Below are positions 7,172 to 11,149 of a stretch of 11,149 nucleotides of DNA, piece by piece (positions within the stretch are counted from its first letter, which is position 1; each line of letters opens with the position of its first letter). The translations under genes were made by a program, and so were the position numbers. The stretch is from a virus (taxonomy: Duplodnaviria > Heunggongvirae > Uroviricota > Caudoviricetes), in IMG/VR virus record IMGVR_UViG_2923302340_000010, positions 1 to 11,149 of that record, one strand, 5' to 3'. The notes below the pieces were generated by a model. It searched no databases and was not told where the DNA came from. It was given only the letters and a program-made list of their open reading frames with translations.

Positions 7172-7240
7172 ATATTTACCTCATAACGTCTACTCAATTT
7201 GACGAGGTAATCATGGCACAGAAATAACGAATATTTTCAT

Positions 7241-7385
7241 ACCCTCAGGCCTAATGGTTACCGGAAGGAAATTAACCCTAAGGGTGATGGTAATCGGGAG
7301 GAAATCTACCCTAAGGGTGATGGTAAAATTGACGGGGAAGATAAAAAAATACCCTCAGGGTAACAGTAAATCACCCTCAGGGTAT
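7241..7385. promoter_or_regulatory. Array of palindromic ACCCT(A/C)AGGGT sites upstream of alpA, including a 31-bp tandem duplication
   Basis: Sites at 7275..7285, 7308..7318, 7351..7361 and 7373..7383, with a half-site at 7241..7249. Nearly identical 31-bp units at 7263..7293 and 7296..7326 (GGA(A/G)GGAAAT(T/C)(A/T)ACCCTAAGGGTGATGGTAA). TACCCTcAGGGTA at 7350..7362 is a perfect 13-bp palindrome. Confidence 0.5.
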
Positions 7386-7398
7386 GCGGTATGGTGCG

Positions 7399-8196
7399 TT
7401 AATCCGGCTTTGCGTTCTTTTGGCTGTTGTCTCGGTTAATAGGGCAGGCAGTCCTCTCTATGAGCGTTGCAAGAGCATTACTTGCCCCCCACTGCTTAAG
7501 CTCCCTGGTTATCGCTTCTTGATTTCCCCTGGTGGCAAAATCATTTTCTGGATCGTAATTGGCCCACTCTCTGTTTCTAATCTCAATAGCCTTAGCTAAT
7601 GGGTCTTTATCCCAGTATTTATATAAGTGTATCGGGCGCTCTTGCTCTAACTGCTCTATCCTTGCCCTTAACTCTGCGTTTTCTTTTTCCAGCATTGCGA
7701 TTTGGGATAATAAATCATCCTCTGTACGCAACTCTTTCTTTTCAATATCGCGTCCTTGTGCCTCGTCATTTTCAGAAGAGTTAGCGCCTTCCAGCTTCGT
7801 TAACGCGTCAAGGACATCGGGAAAAATTGCGAAAATTTCACCCCTTATAAATCCAATGTTCTCAAATTCGGGATCTTCCCAATAACCGGACACCAGAAAA
7901 CCATTTTCATCCCTCTCACCAGGTAAACAACCACGTTTCCGAACCGCATTCAGATTTCTATAAAGAACATCATAATCAAATTCATCCCGATACGGGTTAC
8001 AAAAAGATTCCAACAGCTTAAATTCATTTACTGTGTACAGGCGGATATGTTCTCCGTTTATTCTCCTGAGTATCCAAGTTATGACATCTGAAACATCATA
8101 ATCATCACCAGCGACCTTAAGCACGACCTCAAGAAATTCACGTAAAGAAATAAAATCTTTTTTGTATTCGTTTAATTCGGCATGAATATCAATCAT
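7399..8196 (-). CDS. Hypothetical acidic protein (about 265 aa) with central coiled-coil; AT-rich orphan gene between int and alpA
   Basis: ATG at 8196 preceded by GAGGTG (the track start at 8202 is GTG); TAA at 7399..7401. Markedly lower GC than its neighbours. Coiled-coil-like segment LLSQIAMLEKENAELRARIEQLEQE. No catalytic motif recognised. Confidence 0.7.
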   Translation of the reverse strand: MIDIHAELNEYKKDFISLREFLEVVLKVAGDDYDVSDVITWILRRINGEHIRLYTVNEFKLLESFCNPYRDEFDYDVLYRNLNAVRKRGCLPGERDENGFLVSGYWEDPEFENIGFIRGEIFAIFPDVLDALTKLEGANSSENDEAQGRDIEKKELRTEDDLLSQIAMLEKENAELRARIEQLEQERPIHLYKYWDKDPLAKAIEIRNREWANYDPENDFATRGNQEAITRELKQWGASNALATLIERTACPINRDNSQKNAKPD

Positions 8197-8324
8197 ACGC
8201 ACACCTCAGCGTCCTCTACTGTAGTGGCTGTACCAGTCCGTCGAGGTGTACGGATTTTCGGGAGCGACCCTAGACACAGCCTTTTCTTTCGTCGCTCAAA
8301 GTCTACTACTGTATACTCAACCAG

Positions 8325-9539
8325 TCACCCGCATTTTCCGAACTCACCATGCACCACATTTCCGCCATGCTCGAGCGAATCCATATAGTCGGCATACCAC
8401 TGGAGCATCTCCCGGCGACCATCCAGATATTGCGCATGGTTGTATGTGCCACGAATTGAGTTTTTATCGACGTGTGCAAGCTGTGTCTCTATCCACGCGG
8501 TGTTATAGCCCTGCTCATGCAAAATGGTGCTCATGGTGTGCCGGAATCCATGACCAGTAACCTTTCCGTTATAGCCGATGCGTTTAAATACTTGGTTTAT
8601 GCTAGCCTCGCTCATTGTTTTCCTTGGATCATTACGGCCGGGAAACATAAGCGGATAATTGCCAGTTAATTCTTTAATCTGCCCAATAAGCGAAAGAGCC
8701 TGCTTAGACAAAGGCACCACATGAGGGCGACGCATTTTCATCCGTGAAGCAGGTATCTCCCAGATAGCCTTGTTGAGATCGATTTCATCCCATAATGCAC
8801 CGCGCAGTTCGCCAGTCCGCAAACCGGTGATAATCAGTAGACGAGCCGCCATAACAACCAATGCACTTCCTGAGTAACTGGACAATGCCTTGAAAAAATC
8901 AGGTAATTCTTTGGCTGTGAGGAAAGGATAATGATTAGATTCATGACCTTGCATCGCGCTGGTGAGATCCGGTGCAGGGTTATACTCAGCACGTCCAGTG
9001 ACAATTGCATAGCGGAAAACCTCCCCGCATCGCTGCCTCACTTTTTTGGCTTTTTCGGTAGCACCGCGCCCCTCGATGCGCCGCAGCACATTCAGCAGTT
9101 CAAGTGGTTTGATTTCGGCGATTGGTTTTTTGCCAATGTAAGGGAACACATCTTTGTTGAAGGCTTCGAGGATGTCTGAAGCATAACCAGCAGACCATTT
9201 TTTTAATTTGCTGCTGTGCCACTCAAGGGCAATATCTTTGAAGGTGTTGTTTAACTGCGTTTCCCGGGCAATCTTTTCCTCTCGTTTCGCTTCCATCGGA
9301 TCGATACCCCCAGCGATACCCCTTTTAGCTTCTTCACGTTTTGCACGAGCATCAGCCAAGGTAACTTCAGGATACACACCTAGTGCTAACAGCTTCTCTT
9401 TACCAGCTACACGATACTTGAAGCGCCAATATTTTCCTCCACTAGGTTTTACCAAGAGATACAGACCGCCACCATCAGCCAGCTTGTAAGCCTTCTCTTT
9501 TGGCTTGGCAGTGTCTATTTGACGGGCATTGAGTTTCAC
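8325..9539 (-). CDS. int: P4-type tyrosine site-specific integrase (404 aa)
   Basis: N-terminal arm-binding-type region (LNARQIDTAKPKEK...GGLYLLVKPSGGKYWRFKYR), catalytic R in GLRTGELRG, H-x-x-R in HGFRHT, and a C-terminal Tyr in RGTYNH. GTG start at 9539 preceded by GGAGGT. Lies directly beside the tRNA 3' end. Confidence 0.95.
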   Translation of the reverse strand: MKLNARQIDTAKPKEKAYKLADGGGLYLLVKPSGGKYWRFKYRVAGKEKLLALGVYPEVTLADARAKREEAKRGIAGGIDPMEAKREEKIARETQLNNTFKDIALEWHSSKLKKWSAGYASDILEAFNKDVFPYIGKKPIAEIKPLELLNVLRRIEGRGATEKAKKVRQRCGEVFRYAIVTGRAEYNPAPDLTSAMQGHESNHYPFLTAKELPDFFKALSSYSGSALVVMAARLLIITGLRTGELRGALWDEIDLNKAIWEIPASRMKMRRPHVVPLSKQALSLIGQIKELTGNYPLMFPGRNDPRKTMSEASINQVFKRIGYNGKVTGHGFRHTMSTILHEQGYNTAWIETQLAHVDKNSIRGTYNHAQYLDGRREMLQWYADYMDSLEHGGNVVHGEFGKCG

Positions 9540-9614
9540 TTGGGGGTACCTCCACTAAACCGAACAGCAAATACCCCCAAAAGTACCCCCAATTGACTGT
9601 AGATTTTGGGGTAC
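9540..9614. promoter_or_regulatory. GTACCCCCAA repeat set between int and the tRNA (candidate Int arm-binding sites / int promoter-operator within attL)
   Basis: Inverted copy at 9540..9549 (abutting the int start codon), direct copies at 9572..9580 and 9583..9592, inverted copy at 9606..9614. Confidence 0.45.
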
Positions 9615-9705
9615 TTAAGTAGACGTCAAAAGACTAAAAGGGGCATTAATATACTGATTATAAGAGGTTTTTAAATACTTTAGTAGACTTGGGGAGACGT
9701 TAGAA

Positions 9706-9781
9706 TGGTGCCGATAATAGGAGTCGAACCTACGACCTTCGCATTACGAATGCGCTGCTCTACCAACTGAGCTATATCGGC
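9706..9781 (-). tRNA. thrW: tRNA-Thr (anticodon CGU)
   Basis: The reverse complement reads GCCGATATAGCTCAGTTGGTAGAGCAGCGCATTCGTAATGCGAAGGTCGTAGGTTCGACTCCTATTATCGGCACCA: 76 nt, cloverleaf-compatible, anticodon loop TTCGTAA, encoded CCA. Position downstream of proA matches the E. coli proA-thrW arrangement. Confidence 0.95.
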
Positions 9782-9826
9782 CCTGAAAGGACATGTTCAC
9801 GAACGTGAATCACGGTGGACAAGGTT

Positions 9827-9889
9827 AAAACTAACCGGGCGATGCGTCAATGGCCTTGTGAATCAAATGGCTACTTTTGCATCACCCGG
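9827..9889 (-). terminator. Possible proA transcription terminator (long-loop hairpin followed by a U-rich tract)
   Basis: Inverted repeat 9835..9845 / 9879..9889 (11 bp, one G-U position), followed on the minus strand by UUAGUUUU. The loop is long, so this is weakly supported. Confidence 0.3.
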
Positions 9890-9895
9890 TTTTAT

Positions 9896-11149
9896 TTACG
9901 CACGAATGGTGTAATCACCAATGCCGATCCACTTGTAAGTGGTCAGCGCTTCCAGCCCCATTGGGCCACGCGCGTGGAGTTTTTGTGTGCTTACCGCCAC
10001 TTCCGCGCCCAGTCCAAACTGGCCGCCGTCGGTAAAACGCGTAGAGGCGTTAACGTAAACAGAGGACGAATCCACTTCGTTAACAAAACGCTGGGCGTTG
10101 CGCATATCGCGGGTCAGGATCGCATCGGAGTGTTGTGTGCCGTGTTCACGAATATGGGCGATGGCATCGTCAAGATCGCTGACGATTTTAACGTTCAAAT
10201 CTAATGACAGAAACTCATCGTCATACTCTTCGGCTTTAACAGCCACCACCTTCGCGGGGCCTGCCTGCAACTGCGCCAGCGCAGCTACATCTGCGTGTAA
10301 TGTCACGCTGCTTTCCGCCATTTGCTTGCTTAATGCGGGCAGGAAGCTATCGGCGATGTTTTTATTTACCAGCAACGTTTCTACCGTATTACATGTGCTC
10401 GGACGCTGAGTTTTTGCGTTAACGATTACTTTCATGGCTTCAGCGATCTCTGCACTTTCATCAACGTAAATATGGCATACGCCTATACCGCCTGTGATCA
10501 CCGGGATTGTCGACTGTTCGCGGCACAGCTTATGCAGGCCAGCGCCACCACGCGGGATCAGCATGTCGATGTATTTATCCATACGCAGCATTTCACTTAC
10601 CAGCGCACGGTCAGGATTATCAATCGCCTGCACGGCACCCGCCGGTAAGCTGCAGGATTTCAGGGCGTCCTGAATCACCGCCACCGTTGCAGCGTTAGTG
10701 CGACAGGTTTCTTTGCCACCACGCAGGATCACTGCGTTACCGGTTTTCAGGCACAGGGAAGCAACATCAACCGTCACGTTCGGGCGCGCTTCATAAATCA
10801 CGCCAATCACCCCCAGCGGTACGCGACGACGCTCCAGACGCAGACCGCTGTCCAGTACGCCACCATCAATCACCTGCCCCACCGGATCGGCGAGGTTACA
10901 CACCTGACGCACATCATCGGCAATGCCTTTCAGCCGTGCGGGCGTCAGAGCCAGACGGTCAAGCATCGCTTCGCTAAGGCCATTGGCACGCGCGTCAGCA
11001 ACATCCTGCGCGTTAGCGTTGAGGATGATTTTGCTTTGTGCTTCCAGTTCATCGGCGATTTTTTCCAGCACGCGATTTTTTTCGCGGCTGGAGAGTTGCG
11101 CTAATTTATACGAGGCTTGCTTCGCGGCAATGCCCATTTGTTCCAGCAT
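9896..11149 (-). CDS. proA: Gamma-glutamyl phosphate reductase (glutamate-5-semialdehyde dehydrogenase)
   Basis: Full 417-aa ORF: ATG at the window end ([19 protein letters not shown]...), TAA at 9896..9898; aldehyde-dehydrogenase-like throughout; lies beside the tRNA-Thr gene as in enterobacterial chromosomes. Confidence 0.97.
   Translation of the reverse strand: MLEQMGIAAKQASYKLAQLSSREKNRVLEKIADELEAQSKIILNANAQDVADARANGLSEAMLDRLALTPARLKGIADDVRQVCNLADPVGQVIDGGVLDSGLRLERRRVPLGVIGVIYEARPNVTVDVASLCLKTGNAVILRGGKETCRTNAATVAVIQDALKSCSLPAGAVQAIDNPDRALVSEMLRMDKYIDMLIPRGGAGLHKLCREQSTIPVITGGIGVCHIYVDESAEIAEAMKVIVNAKTQRPSTCNTVETLLVNKNIADSFLPALSKQMAESSVTLHADVAALAQLQAGPAKVVAVKAEEYDDEFLSLDLNVKIVSDLDDAIAHIREHGTQHSDAILTRDMRNAQRFVNEVDSSSVYVNASTRFTDGGQFGLGAEVAVSTQKLHARGPMGLEALTTYKWIGIGDYTIRA

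Larger units (their letters stand above)
1..9730. mobile_element. Integrated P4-like satellite/integrative element (partial; left end lies beyond the window start), inserted at the 3' end of tRNA-Thr
   Basis: Tyrosine integrase directly beside the tRNA 3' end, AlpA-family gene, P4 alpha-like primase/helicase, and a TGTTCACC iteron cluster; nearly all genes are on the minus strand; AT-rich patches at 840..1260 and 7400..8200. No second copy of the tRNA 3' end was seen in the window, so the far att site is outside it. Confidence 0.7.

Noticed and set aside
7254-7439. 61-aa plus-strand ORF
   Set aside because: It is generated by the tandem ACCCTAAGGGTGATGG repeats (the peptide repeats RKLTLRVMV); it is a repeat artefact in a regulatory region.
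8213-8237. Second LexA box at tctactgtagtggctgtaccagtc
   Set aside because: The spacer between CTGT and CCAG is 10 nt rather than 8, so it does not fit the SOS-box geometry; it is kept only as a related repeat.
1-9705. Second att site (direct repeat of the tRNA 3' end) marking the far end of the element
   Set aside because: No copy of the tRNA 3'-terminal sequence was seen elsewhere in the window on manual inspection, so the other boundary must lie beyond the window start and cannot be annotated here.
9815-10409. Plus-strand ORFs antisense to proA (129 aa and 103 aa)
   Set aside because: They sit within the full-length, well-conserved proA CDS and are shadow ORFs.

Overview
The right end of the window is chromosomal: proA (9896..11149, minus) and a tRNA-Thr gene (9706..9781, minus) that I read as thrW. 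Everything to the left of the tRNA 3' end (about 9.7 kb, running past the window start) looks like an integrated P4-like satellite or integrative element, all read from the raw sequence and the ORF track with no database searches. In order from the tRNA it carries: a tyrosine integrase; an AT-rich 265-aa orphan gene; an AlpA-family regulator; an AntA/Bro-N antirepressor-like gene; a divergent small RHH-like regulator facing an array of phased operator-like repeats; a tightly coupled operon of five small unassigned genes leading into a P4 alpha-like primase/helicase that is cut by one in-frame TAG; a cluster of TGTTCACC iterons (P4 ori/crr type); two small ORFs; an AT-rich membrane-protein gene; a ProQ/FinO-domain gene; and a PerC-like gene. 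The most likely places for something undescribed are the repeat-controlled small-gene operon and the orphan gene next to the integrase, but I cannot assign either a function from sequence alone. Family assignments rest on remembered motifs and should be confirmed by profile searches.
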